From Cycas panzhihuaensis (Eukaryota > Plantae > Cycadophyta): a DNA stretch of 64,000 nucleotides. Below are positions 13,348 through 28,689 of the stretch, piece by piece. The position numbers and the translations under genes are program-made. Location: the NCBI GenBank assembly GCA_023213395.1, contig CM041465.1, forward strand, positions 154,697,741 through 154,761,740, in the 5' to 3' direction. Every line of letters starts with the position of its first letter. The stretch's first letter is position 1. The notes below the pieces were generated by a model. The model worked only from the letters and a program-made list of their open reading frames with translations, did not search any database and had not been told where the DNA came from.

Positions 13348-14532
13348 GTGTATTTGAGCATTAAAATAAATTTAAAAAAAATGAAAAAATATTATATTTC
13401 ATTTCATGTTTTCCTATCTTTATGTATGATTAATGCTGATTGGAATGAGTAGAGATTTATACTTATTGTAAACCCTTGAATGTCTAGTGCCAATAGACTT
13501 TGTTTCAATCTAGTTCTTTATTGTTTGCATATAATTAAAACTACATGGTAGATGCATTATTAGATGTGTTGTTTACTTATTTATCTCATCTTAGGTTAGG
13601 GTTTATTCTTTTACCAAAAGGAAAAGACCACTACCTTTCCACATAAATTTTATCATTAGATGAGAGAGGTGGTCTTATGCATTTAGATTGATCAAGTCCT
13701 CAGATTTGTATTCTAAATGAGCTAGTGAGTGTCATCTATCTTCACCATATGCTTATGCATAGAGTGTTAATAGTTAAGTAAGCCTTACTTTTCTTATTGA
13801 GAGTAGTGACCTCTTTCTATTTCTTCTCTTAGAGATTAAGGTTTGTTAGAGTTGGATGTAGGTACTACCTGGCTATCTTATACTTATATGGGATGGATTA
13901 TCAATATTGATTAAGCTCTATTGATTTATCTATGAGAAGATCTATTCTATAGTCTTAACTCCTTCAAACTTCTCATTCTAATTAGTCTTAGTTTATTATA
14001 ATTCTCTTATTTCAAAAAACAAATCTACAATTAATTTGTTATAATTAGTTTGCATGAGGTTCAAGGATCCCATGGTGTCTAAAAACTCGATCAAATAGAA
14101 TCTCTTTATGATTCTAGTCTTTTATTTGCTTGTTAATAGATCAACTTTGGTTGATTACATGTGACTTTTATGGGTTGTATATCATTCTTAGTCATTGAAA
14201 ATTACATCAGAAATCTCTCATTTTCTATTAGAATCATTATGTGTATGAAATGCTTTCTATAAACATTGCATGTTATTTTATCTTTCATTAAGTCGTATAT
14301 ATGATTATATCCCATAATATTTATATTTTATCCTAGTTGTTGTTATCTTTGAAAAGAAGTGTGCTTTCCATCTCATCATAGTAGTTTCTCTTTCACTTTT
14401 ACGTGCCTTGTTTAAGGAAGGGGGGGAAATTTAAAAAAATTGCATGTGTAACTTATTTTTCTTAGTTGATTTTGAAAAGAAGATTGTTAGATCTTATTGT
14501 CTTTTTATTCTTCCTTGTGATTTCATTCAAAA

Positions 14533-14846
14533 TATAGGTGTGAGGAGTAGAGCTTACCAATATTACATCAACATATCCACAATGAATAGTATAACATGCT
14601 TTTCGATTATAAGGTAGTGTTAAAAAATAATAGGGAGGTATTCCCTTCATATTTATATTTTAGGGAGGCAATGGACTACCTTTAGCTAACAAATGAAATA
14701 AATAATTAAAAATTAGGTAAAATAAAGTGAATACGTACCTTAGTCATCTCGTAAACGGCTATATGATGGCTCAGGATGGCTCTAGGTGGATTTTGGAGGC
14801 CCAAGGAGAATGTGAATATACTTTATGAATGGGCATTATCCTAACA
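14533..14846 (-). repeat. 3' LTR of element C
   Basis: Aligns with 22531-22843. Confidence 0.9.
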
Positions 14847-14869
14847 TTCTCCCCCATAATGGCTATTGT

Positions 14870-17800
14870 ATAGAACTCTAAATTTATCCCTGAATTTATG
14901 AAATTTGATCTTTCCTAATGGCTTTATGAATATATCTATTGTTTAATATTTAATACTATAATATATCAACTCGATCTCACCTGCTTGAACTAATTCTTAG
15001 ATGAAGTGGTGTTGGGTTTCAATGTGCTTAGTTCTTCCATGAAATACTAGATCCCAAGTCATCTAAATAGTGCTTTAATTGCCACGCCATATTTTAGTTA
15101 GTCCCTTTCGTTCCATCTGAAAGTCTTGTAGAAGTTGTTAAAGCCATACAATTTCTCATGCATTAGAGACTACTACTTTACATTTTGCTTCTATTGTGGA
15201 TAGGGAAATGGTATTCTGTTTCTTAGTGCTCTAAGCTATAGTTGTTGAACCAAAACTGAAAGTATAACCTAAAGTGGATTTCTTGTCGTCAATATCACCT
15301 ACTCATTCCGAATCTATACATCCTATCAATCTAAAACTTAATGAAGATTTTTAATATAGCCTATATTCTATTGTACCTTTGAGATATCATAGGATCCTTT
15401 TTGCTGCTTGCCAATAAGTAGTCTTAAGGTCTTGCATAAATTTGGATACTATATTGAATACATACATAATATCTGGTCATGTTGAAGTTAAGTAAATTAG
15501 ACTAATTAATTATCTGTAAAGTGTGGGATCCACAGGTGTAGAGTCATCAAGTTTGGATAGCTTGATCCCAACTTCAACTAGAGTTGCTAGAGGTTTGCAA
15601 TCATTCATCTTAAACTTTTGAAGTAATTCGAAGGTGTACTTCCTTTGAGAAATGAAGATGTTATTTTTATCTTGCCATACTTCCAAACCTAGGAAGTAAT
15701 GTATTAAACCCAAATCTATCATCTTAAATTCTTTATACATAGCTTCCTTAAAGTTTTACAAAAGATGGGAGCCATTTCTAATGTAGACAAGATCATCTAC
15801 ATAGAGTCCTACTATTAGAATAGAATCTCCCTTGATCTTGATATACAAGTTTGGATCTAATTGAGATCTTTTATAACCTTGATCTCTAAAATATCTATCA
15901 ATTCAGGAATAGGAAGCCCTGGGTGTTTATTTTAAACTGTAGAGTGTCTTTTTAAGCTTATACACTTTGTCTTCTTCTTCCCTGACTTGAAAACCTAGGG
16001 GTTGAGAAATATAAATATCTTCTTCAATGTAACTATTAAGAATGGTACTTTTAATGTCCAATTGGTAAACATACCATCCTAATTATATTATTAAGCTCAT
16101 CATCATGTGAATGGTTTCTATACATGCAATAAAGGAAAATGATTCACTATAATTGATATATTTTCTTTGTGCATAGCCTTTTGCTACCAATCTCATTTTA
16201 TGTTTGTCAATTAATATTTCAGATCAGAACTTGGTTTTATAAACCTACTTAGTACTAATTTTCTTTTTATTGGGAGGAACATCAACCAATTCCCAAGTAT
16301 CATTTTTAACTATGCAGTTATATTCTTCTTCCATTGCCTTTCTCCAAGGATTATGTGTATTGGCCTTATTAAAAGTATGAGCCTCGTGGGTTTCTATAAC
16401 TTGACTCATGAGGGCAAAATTCACCCTATGGGTATGGATAGATCTTCGATTATAATTATTATCCAAGATGTTATCTGTATCATGGTTCCTTTGAACCCAT
16501 TTTAGTAGTCTTTATGATGGAGGTTGAGAAGAGGTTCCCTTCCCACTTGATATATCAATGGTTTATCTTAATTCATGCCTAGGTGGTACATATTTAGGCC
16601 TAGTGGTGGAATCAATGTTTATCATCTCACCATTCCCTCTATTTTAATCATGATCACTATGGTAATAATCATCATCTTAGAATTCAATATCTCCACTCAT
16701 CATGACTTTTTAAGATTAAGGATCATAAACCTTGTAAGATTTAGAGGCATCATTGTACCTAATGAATATACATTTGATACTATGATCATCTAGTTTAGAC
16801 CTTCATTGTTCAAGAATGTGAGCATAGGCTAAGCATAAAAAAACTCTTAAGTGTTAGATACTAGGTTTGTATCTAGTTTAAACTTCTTCAAGAGTATTCT
16901 ACCTAAGTGCTTTTGTGGTACACCTATCGATTAAATAGACAACTATGTGAACTACTTCATCTCAAAATTCATGTCCTAATATTTTGTCCTTTAACATGCA
17001 CCTAGCCATCTCAACTATAGTATGATTTTTTCTTTCAACTACACTATTTTGTTGAGGGGTGTATAGATTTATAAGTTGTCTCCTTATTCCATGATTAGCA
17101 CAATAGACCTTAGATTTATTTGAGATGAACTCCCCCCTATTATCTAATCTTAGGGAGAGGATTTTATATCTACTTTATCTTTCCACATAGGTTTTAAAGT
17201 TGATAAAGTATTAGAATGCATCTGATATGTATTTTAGGAAATAAACCCAAGTTTTTCTTGTAAAATCATCAATTAATGTAATAAAATATCTAGCTCTTAC
17301 TAATAAGGAAGAATCCATAAGACCACAAATATCCATGTAGACTAGTTAGAGAGGTCCATTAGCTCTATAGCTATTATTTGGAAAACTTTCTCTATGTTGT
17401 TTTCCAAGGAGGCATCCTTCATAAATATTTTTATCCACTTTGATGTGTGGTAACCCATTAACCATTTTCATCTTCTTTATTAGTGCTTGACTACTATAAC
17501 TCCAATGGCCAAATCCCTTATGTCACATGTCATTGTCAAGCTTTATTGTTGCTTTCAAAGTATAAGTATCATTTTACCCTTGGCAACTACTGCCTTATTC
17601 CTTCTTTTATCTTTAATAATGCATTCTCCGTTGTCAAATATTATTTTATAGTCTTGGCCCATCATATATCCTACATATAGAAGGCTCTTCTTAAGGGTTG
17701 GCATATAAAGTACATTATCAAGATACCGGGTGTCTCCTTATACTATTTGTAACACTACATTATCTCTTCTAATGGACTCATGAGAGGTGTCATTACAAAA

Positions 17801-19060
17801 CATAATGGAACCCATTTTAATTATATCTAAAGTACTAAATATATATTCTTTGTGTGTCATGTGAGTAGAACAACTAGAGTTGATATACCAACCATCATCT
17901 TCATCTTCATGGGCAATGAAGCTTGATAGAAAGAGATGATTATTTTCCCTTACTTCCACAACTATATTAGTAATTCCTTTAATCAATGGACTATGTTTGT
18001 CAAAGCATTTATCTTCCATATGACCAACACGATTGCAAAATATACAATAAGGTGAATCTCTTCTTCCAAAGTCAAGGCTTCTACTACGAGGATAGGACAT
18101 ATCAATATGGGATGGTCATCCTCTTTCTACGAATGACACTTGATTATTCCTTTGTCTATTATTAGGATAAGTAGGGTTGGTCCTTTGAGGTTGCATGTCC
18201 CCTTGATAATTTGGACAATATTAATTTGTCCCATAATTTCTTTCTTGACTTTGGTATTTATTATGGCTAGTATTCCTTTGATTAGATCCTTGTCATCTTT
18301 GATGTCAAGCTTAATACTTAGGTTATCTTTCTTGGTGTATTTCTTGTATAGGGTTTCTATTTCTCCCTTTTGGGGATCAGTCAGTAGATTTGGAGGTATC
18401 AACTTGAGAATTTAATTGTATTCTTGCTTTGGTAGAAAAAGCATATTCAAGTGATTCATTAGTATTTTGTTATTCCTCTACTGCCATGAAGAGGGCACTT
18501 AATTGTTATGTTTTTAATATACTCAAGTCCTTTGATACTCTAATTCTTACAGCTACCATTTCAAATATTTTCACTACACTAACACATCTTAGAATCCATT
18601 CAACCACTCTTTGTTTAGTCAATATGTCCCCAAGAGATCTCATTTGATTGACTATATCTTGTACCTTGGTCATAAAATCAGTTATTGATTCATTTGGTAC
18701 CATCATAAGGCTTTTACATTTGCTTCTTAGGGTTTACAATTTAGATGAAGCAACCCCTTCATAGATCAACTACAAAGTATCCCAAGCCTTTTTAGATATT
18801 ATTGACTCACTAACTCTTGGAAATATATGGTCTTCAAGTGCATAAAATATCAACGTAAGTGCCTCATTATCTTTCTTGATATTTTCTTTATAAGCTATCT
18901 TCTCAAGATCTATTAGATTTTATCCTAATACTGTATAGCCTATTCTCACAATATCTCATATATCATTAGCTATGAGGATGGATCTCATCCTCCTATTCTA
19001 ATTTATAAAATTATAACCATTAAATTTGGGGATGATTATATGACCAAAATTGGCTACCAT
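14870..19060 (-). pseudogene. copia gag-pol pseudogene (element C)
   Basis: ORF fragments: ESITDFMTKVQDIVNQMRSLG (gag); CIFCNRVGHMEDKC (zinc knuckle) plus WYINSSCSTHMT (protease); WRKAMEEEYN..KNDTWELV and FKMIDLGLIHYFLGLEV (RT). Confidence 0.9.
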
Positions 19061-22000
19061 TATTTTTCAACTAGGTATTTAATAAGTCTTTTAAATAAGA
19101 ATGCCATTAAAGATATAATTGTTCAAATAAGGTTTAAAATTTTTCCCAAAAAATAAAGTTTTATGGTTGTCCCCAAATATTTAATAAGTGTCCTAGTCCC
19201 TACAAAGGTTCCTAGGCTCTAAGTTTAAAGCGTCTCCAAGGAAAGCTTTCAATTATTATCCTATCTAGTAGTGCTTGCCTACAAGTGGCAAACTAAGGAC
19301 GCAATATGCTAGTATATAAGCTCTTGGCTTGATATACCTTAATACACATGCTACTAAGAAAGTCCTAAGACCACCCTAATTTGTATGACCACCTATACTA
19401 ATCTTATACCTAGTGGTAGATCTAGCAGTGATGGCTTTGCTGACCAAGGTGCTCACCCTCTCTAGGTCTACCCTTGGTCTTCAAACTCTAGAAATATATA
19501 GGTTCTTCAGCTCAGCCTACCACCTAATACACCTGATAGCTAGTGATATTCCTCATCCAATATGAGTAGGCCAAAGGCATGTGCGTGGAGGTAACTTCAG
19601 GGGTCCTAATCATTCCCTTTGCAAGGTTAGAAATAAGCTGGTTGATTTGGGTGATTATCTTTTCTAATATGACAAAAATAAATATTAAGTGTGGTCTTTC
19701 CTAAACAATAAATAATTCCTGTTAAGCTTAAGAAATAAAAGAAATTTAAACAAACAAGAGTAAATATACTTTTAAATAGAAAAGATAATCAATGCTTTTG
19801 AATTAATTCACTATGAGAAATATGAATGCAAGTATACAAATATTGTCTTTTAATTTGAAAAAACTCCTTGAACAATAATATAAATAACTTATTTAGAAGG
19901 AAAGAAAGCTAAAAAATATATATATGATCCTTCAAATGAATGTCTTAATAAAAAGATAACTTGACTAAGATATGAGATGAAGATTTTCTTATGCAACTAT
20001 TATCCTTGAAATTTGAAGAAGCTCCTTTAGAAGGTAAATTGAATAGCTTTCAATGTGATTATATGTGCTTTTAATGAGATTATATTCAATGAATCAATAA
20101 GAAGCTACAACCAAGTGAATCTAGAAGATGAACTTTCAAGTATTCAAGTACTCTTTCAATCAAATTAGCTAATTCATACTTAAAGCAAATAAGATTTTGA
20201 GATGAAGACCAATGTATAACTTATAATCTTTTCCAACAATGATGAATATAAATGACTTTAAAATAAAAGACTATACATGTAAAAATGCAATGATATGCTT
20301 GAATGAAATGAGCCTTAAAGCTTTAAAAGACCAAAACAATAACCAATAACTATACAATGTAATACACTTATAAAGTTTCAAGAAATATAAAGGCCTTAAG
20401 GCAAAAAAAGTTACTTTAACTTATGAATCAATGAGCTCAAAATGCATAAACGTATTAGTAAGTGTTTCTATATGCAACATAAATGAAATGGAGAAGAACT
20501 CTTTATAGATTTACTTATAAACTATATGCACTCTTTGAGGAATTCATGAAGGAAAAGAGCCTTAAATAGATATAAACACTCAAAGAAACTTTTTAAATAA
20601 ATAAAAAAATCTCTTAGATTTAATTCTGAATATTAAGAAAAGAGAACAATATGATAAGAGGTACTCATTTGATGTCTTTGATCTGAATAGGGCTCTTAAT
20701 CCACAGAAAGATAAAAGTGATGCTAAAAGGCTACAAAATAGATTGTAAGTATTATAAAGACAAGTAAATAATGTTAATAACTAGTTAGTATATAAATGTC
20801 AATCAAATATATTCAGTTGGAGAGAAATATTAGCTCAAAATATATCAAAAGGTGTCTAATTAGGACTAAAATGGAGCCTTAACTTCAAGGGTTTTAATAT
20901 ATAAAATGATACTAGAATGTGATAAAATCTATTCTAATGCATAGAGCGCTAGAAAACCTTTCCAATGGTTCTAACAGTTTGAGAAACAGAGCTATAGAAC
21001 TCAAGTTATTAAAGAAATAATGCAAAGACCCTTTTATAGCTAATGAATTAAAAGTAATAAATGAAGGCCAACTTTGACTTGATCAAACTCTACAAAAAAT
21101 TACTTAAATCAAGTAAAGAAGGACTCTAAGATGTAGAGCTTTGAGTCAAGAATCCAACAAATCTAGTGTATTGAGAAACTAACTTCCCAAAATAAAGATA
21201 TTGCAAAAAATGCGAGTAATACTCCTTAGGTAAAAAAAATCAAAAATCAAAAAAATGAAAGGTTAGCTTTTAGCCCCTTTTATAATATTCCCTTGGTTGC
21301 ATGAAAGGCCACCAAACCATGACTTAAGATCCAAGAGAGATCCAAATTCAAATATGAAATATAATTTTTGAAAAATATAAAATGTTTCAAATTAATTTAT
21401 AAAATTTGAAGTCTAACAAAGATTATGGTCATATGGGAGGCAAATAAGACTGGGGGCTAACTTATGAAGGGGGCTAAGGTCAAATGGACCCACCCAAACC
21501 TCAAATAATATGTAATTTAGCTTAATTAAGCCAAAACCTTATGAAAAATAAACATTTTGATCAAAATAAATTATTCATTAAATTTGCGTAAATAGGGATG
21601 AATTTTGATATAAAACCAATTAAAAAATTAGTGAAAATGCATTTGTATTAGATTGAAATTAATTAGAGGAGAGTGCTAGTGATCCACAACTAGAGATCGA
21701 CAAAAAATACTCTCAAAAAATATTTTTTTTATATATAAAAATCATAAAATTTAGTAGATGGAGTCACATAGTCATACGGAGATGAATGGTGGATGTATAG
21801 GAGGAGATCTACTTAAAAGATATGATCTAGATTTAGAGTAGACACCAAGGCAACTCCTAGATGAATACATAGAGGAAAGAGTTAGAAAAAAATAATTTTT
21901 AGACTCATGCAAACAGTGGAGGATGTAAAGAGCCGTGGAGGTTGTATAGATAACACAAGGGTGTGCATTATCTTAAAACAACCTCAAATAGCTTAGATCA

Positions 22001-22530
22001 GCCTTGCTACCAAGTTGTAGGAGAATCTAATGAGAAATAGAGTAGAAAAGAGTGATTTTTACTTTGGTGCCTAGGGGTTTCAGTAGATAGTAGGATAAAT
22101 TGTGCTTCTGGGAGCTATAACTCACCATAGGAGTGATAGTCTTTTGGACCATCTTCTCTAGTACATAGAGGATTTAGAGAGGAGTCCAATGAGTGGTCAC
22201 TCGAAGTAGTTTTGATGAAATGAAAACAGTACACTAGCCTGCAAAAGTTTAAGTATGTAGAAAAACCTTAAAAGGATAGTGAAAAAATAATTATAAATTA
22301 TAAAATATCAAATGAAATGTTAATATAATTATACCAAATGACTACTGAAATGAATATGCCTATTATTGATGCAAATATTTAAAGGAATGATGATTAAATA
22401 GGGTATACAAACCAATAAATAGCCAAATATTCAATAAAACTATATAAAAACTATTAATAAAGCTTTATAAAGTGATGAAATACTGATATTTTTGCTTGTC
22501 GTGAGATAGAGTCATCGCTTTGATACCAAA

Positions 22531-22843
22531 TTTAGGTGTGAGGAGTAGAGCAAGCCAATATTACATCAATATATCCATAATGAATAGTATAATATACTTT
22601 CTTATTATAAGGCAGTGCTAAAAAACACCAAGGAGGTATTCGCTTCATATTTATAATTTGGAGAAGTAGTGGACTGCCTCTACCTAATAAATGAAGTAAA
22701 TAATAAAAAATTAAGTAAAATAAAGTGAATGCATACCTTAGTCAACTTGTATATGATTACATAGTGGCTTTGGGTGGCTTTAGGTAGCTTTTGGGGGTCT
22801 AAGGAGATGTGCATATACTTTATGAATGGGCATTATCCTAATA
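22531..22843 (-). repeat. 5' LTR of element C
   Basis: Aligns with 14533-14846 and adjoins the PBS. Confidence 0.9.
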
Positions 22844-25800
22844 CAAAAGAGTTTAAAAAAAAAGCATAAAACCAAAAAAACTTTCCATTACTTAACCCTT
22901 TTCTTTATTTTAGTAAAACTAAAAAGGTTGAAATAATAAAAGGAAAAGAGCCCTTAAGAAGGACACAAGATATATTATTTGCGTAATTCTAGACTTAGAA
23001 CACCTCTGGCTGATTTTGTAGGCTAGTGGATTCTAATACTTATCTTATATCTTAGCCTTTTGATATTATACTCATATCCAAATCAAACAACACAAATAGG
23101 TCAAGAATCCTTCTTAGGAGATGGGAAAGGTAGTCTTTGACTCCCATAGGCTTCTTATCTCTTGGCTTAGACATGAAATGAAGGAAACATAATGCTAGCT
23201 AAGAGGTACTTCGATTAGGCCCAACTAAAACATGCCATAAACTCTATGTAGCAACTCATTATTCACTTATTTGTTTCCTTAAACATCTCATATAGTTAAT
23301 TAAGACTTAAATTTTGCTAATGTACTCATTGACATATTTATTATAGTTTATTATGCTATTTTTAAATTTTGTTCTAAGTGTTTGTAACTTGGTTCTTACT
23401 ACTCCTTCATAAATAATCTTTAGAATGCCCCAATCTTCTTTAGAAATTATTGCTTTATTGACATAATGAAAAAGGTGTTCCTTAAGAACAAAAACAATAA
23501 GCATGAGAGCTTTATTATATCTCTTTTTATTTTCCTTAAAGGCTCTTTTTTAATCAAGAATTGTGTTAGGATTTATCTTAGCATAAACATCTTTTATAAA
23601 TTTTCACACATTCTTAAAAATAAAAGTAGCTTTTGTTGCATTTTCTAACTCATATAATTAGTTCCATTAAATTTAAGAACTAGAATATTACTTGTATTTT
23701 GAGTAATAGTCTAAAAAAGGAGCTTGAAAAATAGGAAGGTCAAGAGAGAAAATGCACCAAACAAAGGGTGACAACACTCATAAATAACCCACTTCAACTT
23801 CATATTTATCCTAAATTGATATATTACAATTACCAAAAAGTAGATTTGGCATTAGTTCAAGAGAATAATTCTTATATAAGTGCTTTTGCTACCTTTCTTT
23901 CTTTAAACATAACATAAGAAGCCATAATACATTATTTGATTCAACTTTAAACTAAGTTTTTTATTATAAAATCAAATCAAATATGACGTTTAAATTATCT
24001 ACTCTAAATCTTTTCAAATAAATATTATAATAAAATTTATGGTTTTTAGAATTGTTACCAAATTACCAATTTACAACAAAAAACAATACAATTGGAGAAT
24101 AAATTTAACAAGACATAAAAGGTAGATATCCATTTTACCCTAGTTTTTCAACTATAGTGTTGACTTTTATTTTCTCCAAATATGACTTCTTAAAATAATA
24201 ATTACTTTCTATATAACCAACCCTCTTATAATAAGAATATTAAATGGTTCTTCTACCTCTTACTCTTAGGCTTCTTCCTCTTTAGGTTTGATTTACACCT
24301 CTTCTTCTTAGATTTGTTAGTTCCTTTAAAGTTTTATCCTCCAAAATTTTGTCCTTAGCTTCTAAAGCTTTGTCGCCTTAGACTTTATCCTCTATCTATA
24401 AAAATTTATCCTCTTCATCTTATTTGTCCTTTATAAAAATTTGGTTAATGTCTATCATTCTTGATTGTAGCCTTGGCGACAAAAGCATTCTTAATTTTTT
24501 TTTACTTTAATGCTTTTTCACCTTAATTATAAGTAGAATCTCATTTATTTCACCCACTTTCATCTTAAAGGGGCCTTTAGATACTTTAATGCTTATTATC
24601 ACCATCTCAATCTTCTTATTTTCATAAATATTTTTCAAACTTTACTCAATATCTCATTATTCACCTATTTGTTTCCCTAAAGATCTCATTTAGTTAACTA
24701 ATGCTTGAATTTTAGTAATGGACTCATTGACAAATTTATTATGGTTTATTATACTATGTTTAAACTTTGTTGTTACCACTCCTTCATAAGCATTCTTTAG
24801 TATGCTCGACGCCTCTTTAAAAGATATTACTTCATTAACATAAGGAGAAAAGTGTTCCTTAAGAGCACAAAAAATATGTATGAGAGCATTATTATATCTC
24901 TTTCTATTTTCCTTAAAGGTTTTCTTCTTATTAGGAGTTACATTAGGATTTATCTTAGCATAAACATCTTTTATAAGTTTTTGCATGTTCTTAAAAATAA
25001 AAATAGGTTTGGTTCACTTTTCTTAACTTATATGATTAGTTCTATTAAATTTAAGAACTAAAACATTACTTGCATTTGAAGCCATGGTCTAAAAAAGAAA
25101 CTTAAAAAATAGGAAGGTCAAGAGAAAAATGCACCAAGTAAAGGGAAACAACACTCACAAATAACCTACTTCAACCTAAGATTTATCCCAAATTAAGACA
25201 TTACAACCACCAAAAATTAGGTTTGGCATTATCTTATGAGTATAATTCTTAAATAAGTGCTTTTGTTACCTTTTGTTCTTTAAACATAACATAAGAATCT
25301 AGAATAAATTTTTTTATTTAACTTTAAACTAAATATTTTATTATAAAATTGAGTGAAAGATGTTTTTTAAATTATCTATGTTAAATCCTTTAAAATAAAT
25401 ATTATAGTGCTATTTATGGTTTTGAGAACTATTACCAAATTACCAATTTACAACAAAAATAATACAACCAAATAATAGATTTAATCAGAAATAAAAGGTA
25501 GATATCAATTCTACCTTAGTTTTTCAAGTATGGTGTTGACTTTTATTTTCTCCAATTATGATTTCTTAAAATAATAATTACTTTTTATATGAATGACCCT
25601 TTTATACTATGAATATTAAATGGTTCTTTTACCTCTTGCTCTTAGGCTTCTCCCTCTTTGAGTTTGATTTAGGCTTCTTCTTCTTAGACTTTGTTAGTTT
25701 CCTCTAAAGTTTTATCCTAAAAAATTATATTCTTGACTTCTAAAGCTTTAGCACCTTAGACTTTGGCCTCTACCTCTAAAGACATACTCTTCCTCTTATT

Positions 25801-26278
25801 TGTACTTCATAAAACTTTTGTCAATGTCTATCATTCTTGATTGTAGCCTTGGTGATAAAATCATTCTTTAATTTTTTCACTTGAATGCTTTTTCTCCTCA
25901 ACTATAGATGGAATCTCACGTAATTCATCCACTTTCATCCTAAAGGGGCCATGAGATACTTCAATGTTTATTATCACCATATGAATCTTCTTAATTTTAA
26001 AAATATTTTTTGAAACTATATTTGTTTATTATACTATTTTAAAATTTTGTTTTAAGTGTTTATAACTTACTTGTTACTATTCATTTATAAGCATTATTTA
26101 GAATACCCTAAGCTTCTTTAGAAGTTATTACTTCATTAACATAAGGGAAAATGTATTCCTCAAGAGTAGAAAAAATAAGTACAAGAGCTTTATTATATCT
26201 CTTTTTATTTTCCTTAAAGGCTTTCTTCTTATCAGGACTTACATTAGGATTTATCATAGCATAAACATCTTTTATAAG

Positions 26279-26603
26279 TGTTGGGTTAATGCTCATCACA
26301 TGACCCCACCTTGGAGTATGGAGCGCACAACCCTTCAAGGTAAGTTGGGTAAGATTTACTTAATCTTGCATATTATTTTATATTATTTTGAATTAGGGGT
26401 TGAGGAGGTTTCCCTCCTCCCTCAAAAGCATAAATTTTATGGGGTCATCTCCCTTGGTGTTCATCAACACCACCTATTAAAGAAATTTTATATACTCTTC
26501 AGTAACAATGGGTTAATCAAAGTGATATTATTCACATGATTCAAATATGGATTGAGTTATTTTCTATTTACTGCTCTGCTGTGCATCTCTATCATAACCT
26601 TCA
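26279..26603 (+). repeat. 5' LTR of element D
   Basis: About 30 substitutions against 35889-36213 by manual count. Confidence 0.95.
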
Positions 26604-27480
26604 TTTGGTATTAGAGCACCACAGTTGTATCATGGCTTGGCTATATCAGCTTGATTCAATTATATGTTATATTAAAGTTCAACTTTAGGCATTCTAAAAT
26701 TTATTCATTTAATTTTTCAATTTACGTTTTACTTTTCAAGTTTATTTTTTGGGCGACTTGATAGCCTCAATTTGGCAAGCTTTTGTAGTAGATATAACAC
26801 TCAAAACCCCTACAAATGACTACTCATTATGATCCTTATTTAACCAATGAACTAGTGGAAGAAACCATTCATGATTTCATTGATTGTATAGTGAGATATT
26901 TTATTTTGATCAACTATTACTCCATTTGGCTTCCGTTCGGTCTCTAGGCTCATTCTCAGCACACAAGTAATGGATCATAGTGAAACTTTATGAGCCTCTT
27001 ATTGCCCAAGATTCCTTATTGCCTATCAATTTTTGTCTCATTTTGTGGCTTACAGAGAGAGATTTAACCTCCAAAATAACTCAGGCTCTGTTTTCTTAGG
27101 TTTTTCATTAATTTTTTCATTATTTTCTTAAATTTTTTTGAAATTGTTTTGTAAAATCCAAGTCATCCTACTCGTGTTTCCCATGTATGCATACTTCATC
27201 TCAGTTATGGAGTTAGAAAAAATATTTTTGTCTTCACATTATCACTGTGCTATCTCTTTGTCGTCGCCTGTGTTTATTCCCTTCAAAATATATATACATT
27301 TTTTATATTTCTATTTACATTTTTTTGAGTGTTGTTGACCAGGCCCGTGAGGAAGATCCATGTATCTCCACCCATGTCAGTGCTCAATTCATTTGATTGA
27401 GTTCTATCCATCTGCATGCTTTGTCTACTCCTCATCTCCGCGCATAGGTCACCAAAGTCTTTTTCTTCACTTCTATAAGT

Positions 27481-27483
<3 letters not shown>

Positions 27484-27536
<53 letters not shown>
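27484..27536. repeat. (TA)n microsatellite
   Basis: Directly visible. Confidence 0.95.
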
Positions 27537-27538
<2 letters not shown>

Positions 27539-28452
27539 GTGATTTCCATCTGTTGTGGCCAGATCAGAGTGGAGGGTTAGTTCTCTTCTTTTTATGCCTT
27601 TGGATCGATCAATCCAGTTGATCATTTTGCTCTAGTTAATCCTCTAGATCTGTGCAGGCCGTCATTCACATTTTGACACATTTTTTTAGGTTTTAATCGA
27701 TTAATATAACATTGTTATATTATTATTAAGGTTATAAACTTTAAACATATTTTATATCGGTTGAATTCCATTTAATAGGATTAAACCCCCTTTAAGTGCT
27801 AGCCCCTGGTCACCTAACACTCACATGACCTTTACCTTTATTTTAAAAGGGGCCTATTCTAAATTTATAAAATTTTTTCTTTATTTTTTTAATTTATTCT
27901 TAATACATAAGGTACTTGGCATTTTTTTTGTAATATCTTTTCACTGGGATACCAATTTTTGATGAAACCTATCCCATTGCATCTAGAATTTTGAGGGCTA
28001 TAGTTTAGACTAGTTATTTGCTACCTTTGGAGTCGATTTGACCTAGTTTTAATGAGTTAAAGTCTTTTTTTTTTTTTAAGCTTTTGATTTATTAATATAA
28101 ATAGTACCTTTCACTGTTTTCGATATAACTTTTCTGTTTAATATCATATTTTAGATTTGTTAGTTTCATTAGGAAGCTAACTCATTTCTCTTTGAATTGA
28201 CATATTTATTTATAAGTTTGAAGTTTCCTTGTAGGCATTTAAGGTAGACAAAGTTTAGGTACATAAATGCTCCAAGTTTGTCATTATTGTATATGTTTAT
28301 ACATTATTTCTCAAGTTTATTAACTCAGAGCATATTAAAAAGCTCTTTAGTTTATAATTGATCATTTCTAAATTATTTTATAAGATCTTATTAGTAGTTC
28401 ATAACCTTTTAATCCCCATGCCTCCTGTTAAGCCCCAAAAAGGGGTCATTTC

Positions 28453-28669
28453 TGTTGAAAAACCAGAGCCAAGAATTGACAGAGAATGGAATGTACATCT
28501 TTTATTGAGATTCAAATTGTTTAAGTATACAAGAGTTATGAGTTGGTTACAACCACTAATGTAACTGATCACTCAGATTCTGCCAAGTGGCAAGATCTCA
28601 TAAGAGTATTTAAGGGTGGGTTCAACATGACCCCCTTTTCTGTCCTAGATAAAACATTATATCTCAACA
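28453..28669 (-). repeat. 3' LTR of element E
   Basis: TG..CA; near-identical to 33484-33700. Confidence 0.97.
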
Positions 28670-28689
28670 CCCCCTCTTAATGTTTTATC

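Larger units (their letters stand above)
14533..22843 (-). mobile_element. Element C: decayed full-length Ty1/copia (8.3 kb) with a ~3.4-kb 5' leader
   Basis: LTRs 14533-14846 and 22531-22843. Perfect TSD caaaa (14528-14532 / 22844-22848). PBS complement gctttgatacca at 22517-22528. PPT complement ttctccccc at 14847-14855. Gag, protease, integrase, RT and RNase H fragments occur in copia order. Confidence 0.95.

Noticed and set aside
13348-14532. Possible ancient Athila/Tat-like background (purine tract aaggaaggggggg at ~14414), continuing at 22849-23237
   Set aside because: No coding motif or paired repeat supports it.
26337-26354. Consensus splice donors (AAG/GTAAGT) in the D LTRs, with similar motifs in the B and C LTRs
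   Set aside because: They lie near the LTR 5' end, probably in U3 upstream of transcription start. No acceptor or transcript evidence.
26300-26539. Similar ORFs in both D LTRs (also 35910-36332)
   Set aside because: The similarity simply reflects LTR duplication; no protein motif.
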